Assembly (NCBI GenBank): GCA_043818555.1
Contig: JBDRFP010000002.1
Location: 16,774-80,773 of the forward strand
DNA from: a bacterium
Lineage (GTDB): Bacteria > Patescibacteriota > Patescibacteriia > UBA9934
Reading direction: 5' to 3'
Length of the DNA stretch: 64,000 bases
Shown here: in pieces, positions 10,949 to 20,197 of the stretch
Layout: the number at the start of each line of letters is the position of its first letter
How positions within the stretch are numbered: position 1 is the first letter of the stretch
Made by a program: the position numbers and the translations under genes
The notes under the pieces: model-generated
Told to the model about the DNA's origin: nothing
Database searches by the model: none
Seen by the model: the letters and a program-made list of their open reading frames with translations, nothing else

Positions 10949-13009
10949 TTACGATGAACGAATTCTGTAGTACTCGTCGCGGTGGACGAGATACTCCTCA
11001 AGCATGAACCCTACGAGGATTTCGTCGTCGTAGAGCCAGCGGAAAACTTCTTCCTCCGGATTCCGCTCGAACATACGCTGGAGCTCCTTATTCGTTACGC
11101 CAAGCAGTGAACAGTACCTACTGCGCTCGGCGCTTTCCGACACATCCTCCCAGCGCGGGTAGAACTCAAAGTCGGTTGACTCCGTGTCAGCGTACGCTTC
11201 TCTGCGCCCCTCAACCTCAATCGAGAGGTAAAACAGATGCAGAAGGTCCTTCCCAATGCGGCGAACAAACGGGAGGTACTCGTCCTTTGTGATGCCAGCC
11301 CTTGGACGATCTGTAGGGCTGCGGATCTCTGCAAACAGCATATCCCGCAACGCCTGCCTGTATTTCAAATCACCTGCAATCCTGCGAGCATCGGCCTTTG
11401 CAATCCTTGCAAACGAATCCACAACGGTCGATCGCCACAGGTTGATCTCCATGTCCTCGTGGCTTTCGATAAGCCCGGGCAGGCCCTCCACGAGCGCGCT
11501 CGCGGGCAGCAGGCTGGCGTAGCACGCCATAAACTCGGGCGTAATCTCTACAAGGCCGCTGCGGAGTAGACCCTTCATTGAGCGCTCGTCCAACCCTCTC
11601 TCGAAAATCATTCGGATCACTTCTTCGCGGTATGAAGGACAGGCTTTGGGCAAAAAGTCGACGACCATGCGCAAAGGCAGCACTTCTGCTTCAATAACCG
11701 ACAACCAATCTTCAGGGTTCAACATAGCCCAGTCAATGGCTCCGGCAACCGTATTTCGGAGGTATTTTTCCCGCTCGGACTCTCTCAGCCCTTCCGGGAA
11801 GTCAAACTCCCCGCCCCTTGCCGCCATCAGCGCATTTTCCGAGTTGAGCATCGCCTGGTCGTCTGTCAGAGCCAGAAAGACGATTTCAAGAGTGTGCTCG
11901 TCGATTGTATCCGTTCTTATTTTGCAAAGACTTCGGATTCCGTCCTCAATGGTTCTATGCACGATCACGAGCTCAGAATCACTAGGATCCCAGCCACGGC
12001 CGATCAGGCGTCCTACAACTCGCCTGGCCAGATCGTTCCCGGGTTCCTCCAGACGAATTTGCTTCATGGACTCCTGAAACTCTTCTAGGTCCACAAAGTC
12101 CTTGTCCGGTCCGTTGATGACTGCGAGAAGAATCTGCGCATTGATCCATGTACGCTCAATGGACTGCGTTTGCTGTCCGAACGCGTTCTCGGGGATTTCC
12201 TCAAGCTTCTTTGGCAGCCTACTGAAAGCTTCTGCCATCATAGTGTAGCGCAGCATCGTTTCACGGGCGTTTACAATTCTTGTAACACTGTTCGGATTTC
12301 CCCTTCCGAAAATGTCCAACTTTGACGCACCCGAACTCAGAAAGTCCAGCTTTCCGCCCTGCGCAGAGAGCATCGGCATTGGCGTGGCGCGTACGAAATG
12401 AGTGTACGAATTTTCGAAATCTTCGCAGAATCGCCCAATTGCTTCACCAAGCGCGCGAGCTTCCTTCACCATCCGCCCAAAGAACTGGGCGACAGGTGGA
12501 ACAAGCACATTACTCAGAAGATCAACGCCCTGCGCGTCCTGCCTGGAGATTTCTAGCCGCGCGATGATGTCATTTCCAAGCCCCAGGTCAGCCCAGGCTT
12601 GCTTGCTAAGCTTCATTCCAGGCTGTATGCCAATCTTGAGAGCATGATTCACAGCATGAACCACTTCGCGCTCAAATGCGTCTGCGGCCTCCCCCATGTC
12701 CTCGAACGAAAGGGCCAGACCGGCATTTACCAACGAATCGGTCTTTTGGCAAATGCGCTCAAAGTCAGATTCGCTCTCAATGTTCAGCCCCATAGCTTTC
12801 CCAATCACCTCAAGCAACTTGTACATACCGCGAATCACGGCTTCGCGAACAGGAAACTCGCTCCAAGTTACCTGGCCGCACATAGTTGTCGTGACCGGAG
12901 CGTAGCGGCGAATCAGCTCCGCATACAGCTCGGTAAACGGCGCACCGCTCGATTCCTCGATCACCCGCGCCACAGGCACGAGCGCCGTGGTATATTCTTC
13001 GTGAGTCAT
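10949..13009 (-). CDS. large orphan alpha-helical protein (686 aa)
   Basis: long ORF, SD GGAG before ATG, downstream terminator; no motif recognised. Confidence 0.8.
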   Translation of the reverse strand: MTHEEYTTALVPVARVIEESSGAPFTELYAELIRRYAPVTTTMCGQVTWSEFPVREAVIRGMYKLLEVIGKAMGLNIESESDFERICQKTDSLVNAGLALSFEDMGEAADAFEREVVHAVNHALKIGIQPGMKLSKQAWADLGLGNDIIARLEISRQDAQGVDLLSNVLVPPVAQFFGRMVKEARALGEAIGRFCEDFENSYTHFVRATPMPMLSAQGGKLDFLSSGASKLDIFGRGNPNSVTRIVNARETMLRYTMMAEAFSRLPKKLEEIPENAFGQQTQSIERTWINAQILLAVINGPDKDFVDLEEFQESMKQIRLEEPGNDLARRVVGRLIGRGWDPSDSELVIVHRTIEDGIRSLCKIRTDTIDEHTLEIVFLALTDDQAMLNSENALMAARGGEFDFPEGLRESEREKYLRNTVAGAIDWAMLNPEDWLSVIEAEVLPLRMVVDFLPKACPSYREEVIRMIFERGLDERSMKGLLRSGLVEITPEFMACYASLLPASALVEGLPGLIESHEDMEINLWRSTVVDSFARIAKADARRIAGDLKYRQALRDMLFAEIRSPTDRPRAGITKDEYLPFVRRIGKDLLHLFYLSIEVEGRREAYADTESTDFEFYPRWEDVSESAERSRYCSLLGVTNKELQRMFERNPEEEVFRWLYDDEILVGFMLEEYLVHRDEYYRIRSS

Positions 13010-13214
13010 CTTGTCTCCAATTGTTGTGCGAGCTTAGCCCGCGATGTAATGAACTTTCTTGTCGATTGCTGAAGCAATGACAATGACAATTACTATAACT
13101 TTGGATGAAGATTGATTTTCATTCCTTGGTCATGGTCACTGTCATAGTCATAGTTTCGTGTTAAGAAACGACCCGGCCCCGTCCATCTTGCAATGGATAG
13201 AGCCGGGCAAGTTT

Positions 13215-14195
13215 TCAGATCAGGTCGTCATCGTCGTCCGCGGAAGCCTGTTCTGCCTCCTGGAACGATGTGACTTCCTGCCGCACTCGCTCGCGCGCCG
13301 CGCGCAGATCCTTCTGCGCGGCGCGGAGCATGTCATCCGTGGTGAGGATCATATCCCCCTCCTCAACGAACTCCAGATATTCCTCCTGGAGTTCTTCGTT
13401 GAGCCCTACAAGCTCTAACAACTCCGTGATTCGATGGTCGAAGAAGTCGCCGTCGATGGCTTCGGCATCCCCTTCCTCATCTTCCTCATCTTCATCTTCC
13501 TCGTCCTCATCCTCGGAAATCCCCTGGATCTCGTGGAATATGGCCGAGAATAGGTAAGCTTTCAAGCTCACGCCCTGAGCGACTACCTCTTCGAGAAGCT
13601 CGCGGAAGTCGTCTCGCTCCGAGAGCTTGCGCCCCCATGCGAGAATTCGCGCCATGATGGACGCATCCAGATCCGCGAACGGGATCATGTCATCGATACC
13701 GGAATATTCACCTTCGCCGTCGCCTTCGGATTCACCGGGATCGCCTTCGCTCCCAAGGGCATCGAATGCCGTAGAAGCAGCTGCTGCTGCGTCCAGGTCC
13801 CGACCATCGGCCTCGTCCTTGAGCTCCTTTCGGAGCGCGGCAAGCACTGCTTCCTTCGAAGCTACAACGAACATCGAGCTCGGCAGGTCGCCCTGCAAAA
13901 GCAGTAGGTCTCCCAGATGCACTGTGGCGATGTGGTCGCTGAGCAACTCATGCGCTTGCTCGTTCGTGTGCTCACCCACCACCACCTCGACCACTCGGGC
14001 GCGTTCCCCAACGAGGAGCCCGCCCTTGCCAATCGACAACGGCTTGCACAGCATGAGCGCCGCCTTCGGGTCTGCCCTGACCGCTGCCTTGGCGACCGGG
14101 TCAAACTCGTCGCGGAACAATCTGGCCGCGTCGCGCCCGCCTCTTTGAAGGGCGTTCACAGCTTCAGATACCTGAAGATCGAATTTCTTGCTCAT
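13215..14195 (-). CDS. highly acidic orphan protein (326 aa)
   Basis: perfect SD AGGAGGTGA; poly-D/E tract EDEDEEDEDEEDEEGD and an acidic tail. Confidence 0.8.
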   Translation of the reverse strand: MSKKFDLQVSEAVNALQRGGRDAARLFRDEFDPVAKAAVRADPKAALMLCKPLSIGKGGLLVGERARVVEVVVGEHTNEQAHELLSDHIATVHLGDLLLLQGDLPSSMFVVASKEAVLAALRKELKDEADGRDLDAAAAASTAFDALGSEGDPGESEGDGEGEYSGIDDMIPFADLDASIMARILAWGRKLSERDDFRELLEEVVAQGVSLKAYLFSAIFHEIQGISEDEDEEDEDEEDEEGDAEAIDGDFFDHRITELLELVGLNEELQEEYLEFVEEGDMILTTDDMLRAAQKDLRAARERVRQEVTSFQEAEQASADDDDDLI

Positions 14196-14203
14196 CTCAC
14201 CTC

Positions 14204-14722
14204 CTATCGGTAAATGCTGAGTTTGGTGTTTCGCGCCATGGCTAGGATGTCGTGGAGCTCGGCCAATAGCGCCTTACCAACCGCTAGTCCTGCCAAGGCA
14301 TTCAAGAATGCGCTCACATTGGCGTTGTTAGGCTTTACCCGAAACCCTTCGCCCAAATCAACTGCCACGCAGCAACTCAGGAAGACCGCGAGATCTGGGC
14401 CCGAAACTGAGTTCGCGAGCCTGAGCGTCATATCGAGCACATCCTCGCCCGCTTCGGGCGTAAGGTATGCATCGAGCGTCTGCCGTCTCCGGTCACGCTC
14501 GTAATCCACATAGGCCTCGAACACATCCCTGAACTCGGAGAACAAGTTCTCCTGAGAGTTCGCTGTCAAGTCCGGATCGAACTCATGAAACAGGTCGTCC
14601 GGATGTTCCTCGTGGTCGTCCGCGTACGGATCGAGCAAGCGCTCGTCCTCTGCAGTCAAGTCACCGAGCCTCATCTTGAATCCACTTGTGCTTGCGGGCC
14701 GTACGATCCTTCTTTTTCCCAT
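14204..14722 (-). CDS. orphan protein (172 aa), first gene of an operon with 13215-14195
   Basis: TTGACA-17-TAGTCT promoter, SD AGGAG; stop overlaps the SD of the next gene. Confidence 0.8.
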   Translation of the reverse strand: MGKRRIVRPASTSGFKMRLGDLTAEDERLLDPYADDHEEHPDDLFHEFDPDLTANSQENLFSEFRDVFEAYVDYERDRRRQTLDAYLTPEAGEDVLDMTLRLANSVSGPDLAVFLSCCVAVDLGEGFRVKPNNANVSAFLNALAGLAVGKALLAELHDILAMARNTKLSIYR

Positions 14723-14843
14723 GATTTCTCCTGATTTTATTGGAAAGAACTGTGTCGCAATGACAATTCAGACTAACAAAAATCGGGCGATTTGTCAAGT
14801 AAAAAACCTGCTCCACGACTCTTGGTCGAAAAAGCAGGTTGCT

Positions 14844-15359
14844 TTAGCGCAAAAACACGAATAAATTGCCCGATTCTGCGCCATTCATACCCTCAGGGCC
14901 AACGCCGGAGATCTTTCCCCATAGAGAACGGCCTGGCATATTCGGAAGGGCTATTTCCACTCGATCGAGCGGCAACGGCAATGGCGAATTGAGTTCAATC
15001 GTAGCATGTTTTTCCGAGGGCCCCACCCATGCCACCACCATCACATCCGTACCGGGCGCCGGCTCCAGCCTGGCCTTGTCGCGCATGATTTCTCGCACGC
15101 GCACGCCGGCAGGGTCTGCCTTGAACAAGTCACCAATTGTTTCAACATTTGTCCCGCGATCATAGTTGCGACGCCGAACAAGGTCGGTCAAAATGCCGTA
15201 CGCGTATCTCGCACGCTCAAAACGCTCGGCAGATGCCAGGTCATCTCCGGCAATATCCGGATGAGATTCACGGGCAATGGCTCGAAACGCCCTCTTAATT
15301 TCCCTCTTGGACGCGTCCCGGCTAACGCCAAGAACATCGTACAAACTCTCGTGAGCCAT
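14844..15359 (-). CDS. J-domain protein with a degenerate DnaJ C-terminal segment
   Basis: LYDVLGV..AS..EIKRAFR...HPD...F.....AY.IL.D..RR.YD; SD GGAGGT; TTGACA-17-TACTCT promoter. Confidence 0.85.
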   Translation of the reverse strand: MAHESLYDVLGVSRDASKREIKRAFRAIARESHPDIAGDDLASAERFERARYAYGILTDLVRRRNYDRGTNVETIGDLFKADPAGVRVREIMRDKARLEPAPGTDVMVVAWVGPSEKHATIELNSPLPLPLDRVEIALPNMPGRSLWGKISGVGPEGMNGAESGNLFVFLR

Positions 15360-15537
15360 CTTGACCTCCATGGTTAAAATGAACGAGGAAAAAGAGTAAC
15401 ACAGGCATGACCCATTGTCAAGATTCACGCTCAATTTGACAACATTACCGTTTTTGTTTATCATCCTAGTAAATTCGAATTTCCTACGAATATGATTGCG
15501 AATAAAACAACGCTTACCCGATTGCATCATCATGCAG

Positions 15538-15620
15538 AACCCTCTTTCAAGAAGAGATCTGTTTGATTTTCGACTACTTTAGAAAACAGACCAGGCCCCT
15601 TCTTGAAAAAGAGGGGTCTT
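15538..15620 (+). promoter_or_regulatory. 5' leader hairpin sequestering the RBS of 15627
   Basis: ccctctttcaagaag pairs with cttcttgaaaaagaggg; inner tctgttt/aaacaga helix; TTGACA-17-TATCAT promoter upstream at about 15436-15464. Confidence 0.6.
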
Positions 15621-15626
15621 TATTTT

Positions 15627-16478
15627 ATGGAAAAAATCATGCAAATAATCACTAAATACGACGCAAAAGGCAAACAGAATGAATCCTATGCCCAATTGCG
15701 TCAACGCGTCGCCTCAATCGTATCGCAAGGCGAACGGTTAGTGTTGCTTACGTTTACCTGCTCTACAATTAACGCTCAGGAGATGTTTAGTCGTACGCCA
15801 TGGAAGTATGTCGCTCTAGATCCACAAGGCAATAATCTTTCAAACGACATTCAAAGGCTGACACGAATCTTCACCGAAATAAAAACCATTTACCCCAACA
15901 CATCGCTGAAAGTATTAATTGGTAACACGGATCCATACTACATTTATACAAGGCAATTCGATGAACTCGCTTTTGACAAGGCAAGGCTGTGGTATGAGTT
16001 CGAGAAGCGATGGAACATATACAGGTTAAGACTTGAGCAGTGGATCAAAGAGCAGAATCCCGAATGCGACTGCGAAGTAGTCAGTTGGTACGAATTTGAA
16101 AAAGATATCGAAAAAAAAGGACGAAATTTCGAACAAGAATTTGAAGACGCATTATTTGCGATCGATAATTGCGCTAGGCGGTCGGACTTAGACTGGGAGC
16201 TCAGGCAACTTAGTGCCCAGTTTGCTCCCGGCAAATATTTTGACGGCCTTGAACGGCCCGGCGATGATATGCTGCGCGATTGGGTAAGGCGAAAATTTGC
16301 CCAATACGCTGTCCAGGCTTTATGGATTCGGCAATACATGCCAAGCGCAATCCTAATCCAAAATGAAAAACCAAGCGACCTTCGAACATCCATGTACCAA
16401 CCGCTTGTGCGTGAGCAGCTAAATGAAGATTTTCCGGTTTTATATTTTTGTGGGGTTGACAATGAAGGATACCGGTAA
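15627..16478 (+). CDS. uncharacterised alpha/beta enzyme, possibly CDPS/class I aaRS-like Rossmann fold
   Basis: long ORF; colinear similarity to 16538-17326 (LLxFxC, xLxxTD/E, xWxE.E, AxYA, ILxQxEKP, xMYQ, xPxxx). Fold call is inference. Confidence 0.7.
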   Translation: MEKIMQIITKYDAKGKQNESYAQLRQRVASIVSQGERLVLLTFTCSTINAQEMFSRTPWKYVALDPQGNNLSNDIQRLTRIFTEIKTIYPNTSLKVLIGNTDPYYIYTRQFDELAFDKARLWYEFEKRWNIYRLRLEQWIKEQNPECDCEVVSWYEFEKDIEKKGRNFEQEFEDALFAIDNCARRSDLDWELRQLSAQFAPGKYFDGLERPGDDMLRDWVRRKFAQYAVQALWIRQYMPSAILIQNEKPSDLRTSMYQPLVREQLNEDFPVLYFCGVDNEGYR

Positions 16479-16484
16479 ACAGCT

Positions 16485-16535
16485 CACCTCCTGAATCATG
16501 CGGCCTTGGCCAAAGGCCTCATGTCAAGGAGGTGA
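16485..16535 (+). promoter_or_regulatory. anti-SD hairpin occluding the SD of 16538
   Basis: tcacctcct...catg.ggcctt-loop-aaggcc.catg...aggaggtga. Confidence 0.7.
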
Positions 16536-16537
16536 AA

Positions 16538-17326
16538 ATGTGTCCTAGGATTCTCCACAATGGGACGGTACAGACCGCCAACCGCGAACTACGTTCGTGT
16601 GTACATAAAATGACGCCAGCGGACCAAGCAGTTATCGGCATCCTGGAAAAATTCGAGAACGGTTCTGTCGGCAGCTTGTCGATGGTAAATCCGACAGGGG
16701 TGTACAAGCGTATTCAATGTCGACCAATCCAACTTTTAGGATTCTCTTGCCTGGCAACATATTCGGGAAGAGAGGAGCTAATCCCGGAGATCAATCAAAC
16801 CTACTTTTTCCGCAATTCCAAATACGTCAATCGGATCGAACGATTACGCGCGGATTTACTGCGGACAGGGATCGATTTAGAAGTCGAGATCATCCTGCCC
16901 GACACCGAGCCTATCAGAACCTGGGGTTGGGGAACGGATCAGGAAGAACTTACATACTACTGCGAGTGTATGCGTGATGACTTCCAATTGTCTGATGGCT
17001 GGAAAGTAACGATCTGGTCGGAAATCGAAGCTCAACTTGAAAAGCCTATCGACTTTTCGACCTGGGTTGTATGGGCAGGGTCAAAGCCTTTGCTTATCTC
17101 ACAAGTCGTGGCGCACCTTCGACAATTCAAATCAATTAAGTTCCCAAAAGGTGTAGAGTGGTCTGCGCTTCGTCAAGTTGCGGCTTATGCCATGGAAGGA
17201 TTTGTGCTCGAGCAGCTGCGCTCTGAGTCAATACTGGCGCAATCCGAAAAGCCTTACGATCGCAAGGATCGTATGTACCAGTTGTGTCGAAATACTCCGC
17301 TACCAATCATTCACCCATTTATTTAG
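16538..17326 (+). CDS. uncharacterised enzyme, paralog of 15627-16478
   Basis: SD AAGGAGGTGA; LLGFS resembles the CDPS [LVI][LVI]G[LVI]S motif; AAYAMEG. Confidence 0.7.
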   Translation: MCPRILHNGTVQTANRELRSCVHKMTPADQAVIGILEKFENGSVGSLSMVNPTGVYKRIQCRPIQLLGFSCLATYSGREELIPEINQTYFFRNSKYVNRIERLRADLLRTGIDLEVEIILPDTEPIRTWGWGTDQEELTYYCECMRDDFQLSDGWKVTIWSEIEAQLEKPIDFSTWVVWAGSKPLLISQVVAHLRQFKSIKFPKGVEWSALRQVAAYAMEGFVLEQLRSESILAQSEKPYDRKDRMYQLCRNTPLPIIHPFI

Positions 17327-17474
17327 GAGGGGACATGGGACTTCAATGGAGGACGCTACACCGTAGCGTGGGCGGAATCGCGTGTCACGAAGTCGTGACA
17401 TTTTCCTCCGATAGCTTAGGCTGTCGGGGGATTTTTCTTTTGAGTCGAAGGTCAGAATGTCAAAAGTCTAACCT

Positions 17475-19202
17475 CTAACACCCAGCCCCTAGCTCCTCTG
17501 AGATACGCAGGTCTACCACGTGGCCCTGCAAACTTCGATTGCCGTTCCACTCGTTCACATTGATCTCGTAGACCACATCGATCATGTCTCCCATGTTCAA
17601 CTTCTTAGCCCATTTACCAAAGCCAAATGCAATCATATTCCAAACAGACCCTTCAGGAGGATTCACACTTAGCTTTAAATGCTTACCCTCCTTCCCAACA
17701 GCGTTAGCCGTCATCACTTGAAGCCCGCGGGCGACAAAAAGAGGTTTGGGGTTGCCCTTTCCAAACGGAGCAAATCTCTGCAATGTTTCATAAAGTTCCC
17801 AGTCGATCTTGCCGAGCGGCAACTCGGCATCGATCTCAATTGCCGACTGCGGCTCGTTAATTCCAAAAAACTCATCAGCAAACTCGGTGACTTTTTGACG
17901 AAATTGCTCGACATGATCAAGCGTCGCCAGCGATAGCCCGCATGCCTGAGGATGGCCACCGGCTTTGATAAAAATATCACCGCACGAGTGCATTGCCTCC
18001 ACCAAATGGAGTCCACCCGCACTACGACCCGACCCAACAAACTGATTTTCAATCTTGGTAAGCGCAAAAGCTGGCACGCCAAACTCACTCACCAACTTCC
18101 CTGCTACCAAACCAACTATCCCCGGCGCCCACACCTCGCTCCACACAATGTATACTGAGCACTTTTGATCCTCCACAACCATTTCACGCGCTTCGGCATA
18201 CGCGACTTCGGTCGCTTTTTGGCGTTCACGATTTAAGATTTCGAGCTCAGCGGCGCGGTCGGCAGCCTCACGATCATCAGTCGCGATTAAGGTCTTAAAC
18301 GCAATTTCCGCCGACGACATGCGCCCAGCTGCGTTGAGGCGTGGCCCAATCCTGAATCCAATCGCCTGCGTATCAATTTCGCCCAACTTAGTTCGTGAAG
18401 ACTCGATGATCTTTTTTAACCCTGGCCGCCGAGTCTTATTGAGTACCACAAGCCCAAACTTTTCAAGTGCCCGATTCTCACCTGTGATCGGCATAACATC
18501 GGTAACTGTTGCGATTGCGACCAAATCGAGATACCACTTTTCGTGTCCGTCCGGCAGGTCAGCGCCGCGTTTTCGAGCTTCACGAATTAACGCTGTCGCA
18601 AACTTAAACGCTACGCCTGTGCCGCAAAGATCTTTATTTGGATACGCGTCCTCGAGCAGCGGATGGATAATCGTCGCGCGTGCAGGCAGATCACTAGCGA
18701 GCTGATGGTGGTCGCAAATAATTACATCCATGCCAAGCTCGTGCGCGCGATTCAGCTCACTGGCGTTCGATGTACCGCAGTCGACTGTTATGATTAAATT
18801 GACACCATCCCGATGCAATTTATCGATCGTATGCATTACCACGCCATAACCGTCGCGCTCTCGATCAGGCAGGTAAGCTTCGACATCGAGTGCCGAACCG
18901 CGTAGCCCGACTCCCGGTGTCGAGCTAGCCACGTCATGCAACACATTCCAAAGCAAAGCCGATCCGCAAACGCCATCAGCGTCGTAATCACCATGAACAA
19001 CTATTTTATCACCTCGCTCTAAAGCCAAAAAAACGCGATCTACCGCGTCCTGCATTTTTCTGAATAGCGACGGGTCAAGCACATCCTCCCACCTTGGATG
19101 TAAGAAATCCTCTCTGTCCTCCGTCTTAATCCGACGGTTGAGCAAAAGCTGCTCAACAACATCGTCCGACCTTCGCTCAGCTACTTTCCATTGTTTATTC
19201 AT
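17475..19202 (-). CDS. recJ: single-stranded-DNA-specific exonuclease RecJ
   Basis: HGDYDADG, TVDCG, DHH, PRLNAAGR, GSGRS, GGH, PFGKGNP. Confidence 0.97.
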   Translation of the reverse strand: MNKQWKVAERRSDDVVEQLLLNRRIKTEDREDFLHPRWEDVLDPSLFRKMQDAVDRVFLALERGDKIVVHGDYDADGVCGSALLWNVLHDVASSTPGVGLRGSALDVEAYLPDRERDGYGVVMHTIDKLHRDGVNLIITVDCGTSNASELNRAHELGMDVIICDHHQLASDLPARATIIHPLLEDAYPNKDLCGTGVAFKFATALIREARKRGADLPDGHEKWYLDLVAIATVTDVMPITGENRALEKFGLVVLNKTRRPGLKKIIESSRTKLGEIDTQAIGFRIGPRLNAAGRMSSAEIAFKTLIATDDREAADRAAELEILNRERQKATEVAYAEAREMVVEDQKCSVYIVWSEVWAPGIVGLVAGKLVSEFGVPAFALTKIENQFVGSGRSAGGLHLVEAMHSCGDIFIKAGGHPQACGLSLATLDHVEQFRQKVTEFADEFFGINEPQSAIEIDAELPLGKIDWELYETLQRFAPFGKGNPKPLFVARGLQVMTANAVGKEGKHLKLSVNPPEGSVWNMIAFGFGKWAKKLNMGDMIDVVYEINVNEWNGNRSLQGHVVDLRISEELGAGC

Positions 19203-19257
19203 GCACAAATCTTACCAGAAAAAAAAGAAGCGCGCCACTTGGACGCGCACTAGTAGG

Positions 19258-19920
19258 TTACCCTGTCATTCTCGGGTTCAGAGCCTCTTGGAGTCTCTGT
19301 ACGATTCGTTCATGAGTCGGGATCTCTCCGCTGATCACCGGGTCGTCGCAATCAACGAAGACGCCTTCCTCGTTCTGCCTTTGGAACTTGCGGAAGTAGA
19401 GAGTCTTTCCGCTTTTTGACGGCCTACTGGCTACAATGGACTCACCGTCCCAGTTCTTCCAGTACGCCAGGAAGTGGTCCATGGTTCTGCCAAGCCACCA
19501 AGCCTTTGCCGGGGCCTGTTCGACCCCCTCCACAAGAGAATTGCGACCGACAAAAATTCTGTACACCGTTAGGCTCTTTTCGATTTTCTGACACGCGTCA
19601 TACTCATCTTCAAAAAACCATGTTGACACAACCGGGGACAAGCCGCCAGGATGCTGTCTCCTGTTGGGGCTACCCCTGAAGCATACCCGGTCATCAACTT
19701 TGACATCTCGAGTTCTATCCGGTACATAGTCTACCCCGACCATCCGACCGCGTTCCGTTACCCAGGCGAACTTTTGATTGTCCACCTTGAAATAGTATTC
19801 GAGCCCAGACTCATCTTCTGTGATGAACCCATAGCCCATATTTGGGTTGTACCACCTTACAACTCCTCGTCGACACTTTGGCCACTCTCTTGTCTCTCTA
19901 TCCCTGTCATTCACCATCAT
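19258..19920 (-). CDS. cold-shock-domain protein with a long unknown C-terminal extension
   Basis: RGVVRWYN..MGYGFI (RNP1) and EYYF; SD GGAGG; TTGACA-17-TACACT promoter. Confidence 0.75.
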   Translation of the reverse strand: MMVNDRDRETREWPKCRRGVVRWYNPNMGYGFITEDESGLEYYFKVDNQKFAWVTERGRMVGVDYVPDRTRDVKVDDRVCFRGSPNRRQHPGGLSPVVSTWFFEDEYDACQKIEKSLTVYRIFVGRNSLVEGVEQAPAKAWWLGRTMDHFLAYWKNWDGESIVASRPSKSGKTLYFRKFQRQNEEGVFVDCDDPVISGEIPTHERIVQRLQEALNPRMTG

Positions 19921-20020
19921 TTCCTCCGCTTTGACACTGAATTGTGACGCTAAAGTGTATCACTAAATTAGATTCCTGTCAACAAAACAACCGCCAAGGA
20001 CGGTCGTTTTATTCAAGCAT

Positions 20021-20116
20021 CTAGAAGCCGAAGCTAAGACTGAAAAACACCATTGTAAAAGCGATTATGGCCGCAACCACTGCCCACCCTGTCCGAACCT
20101 TTGGTTGTTTTTTCAT
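20021..20116 (-). CDS. 31-aa single-TM microprotein (below the ORF-track cutoff)
   Basis: MKKQPKVRTGWAVVAAIIAFTMVFFSLSFGF; TGA-TATAAT 8 nt upstream; terminator-like hairpin at about 19984-20010. Confidence 0.55.
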   Translation of the reverse strand: MKKQPKVRTGWAVVAAIIAFTMVFFSLSFGF

Positions 20117-20197
20117 ACAGATTGATTATATCAGATCGTAAATCTACTGACTACTGCCTCCTGACTTTATGACTTTCAACTTTCTGACTTTAGACTC

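Noticed and set aside
15538-15620. Known riboswitch class (purine, SAM, preQ1)
   Set aside because: Conserved cores of these classes could not be matched by eye; kept only as an RBS-occluding hairpin.
10949-17440. Prophage or integrative island
   Set aside because: No integrase, structural genes or att repeats recognised; the genes form independent transcription units.
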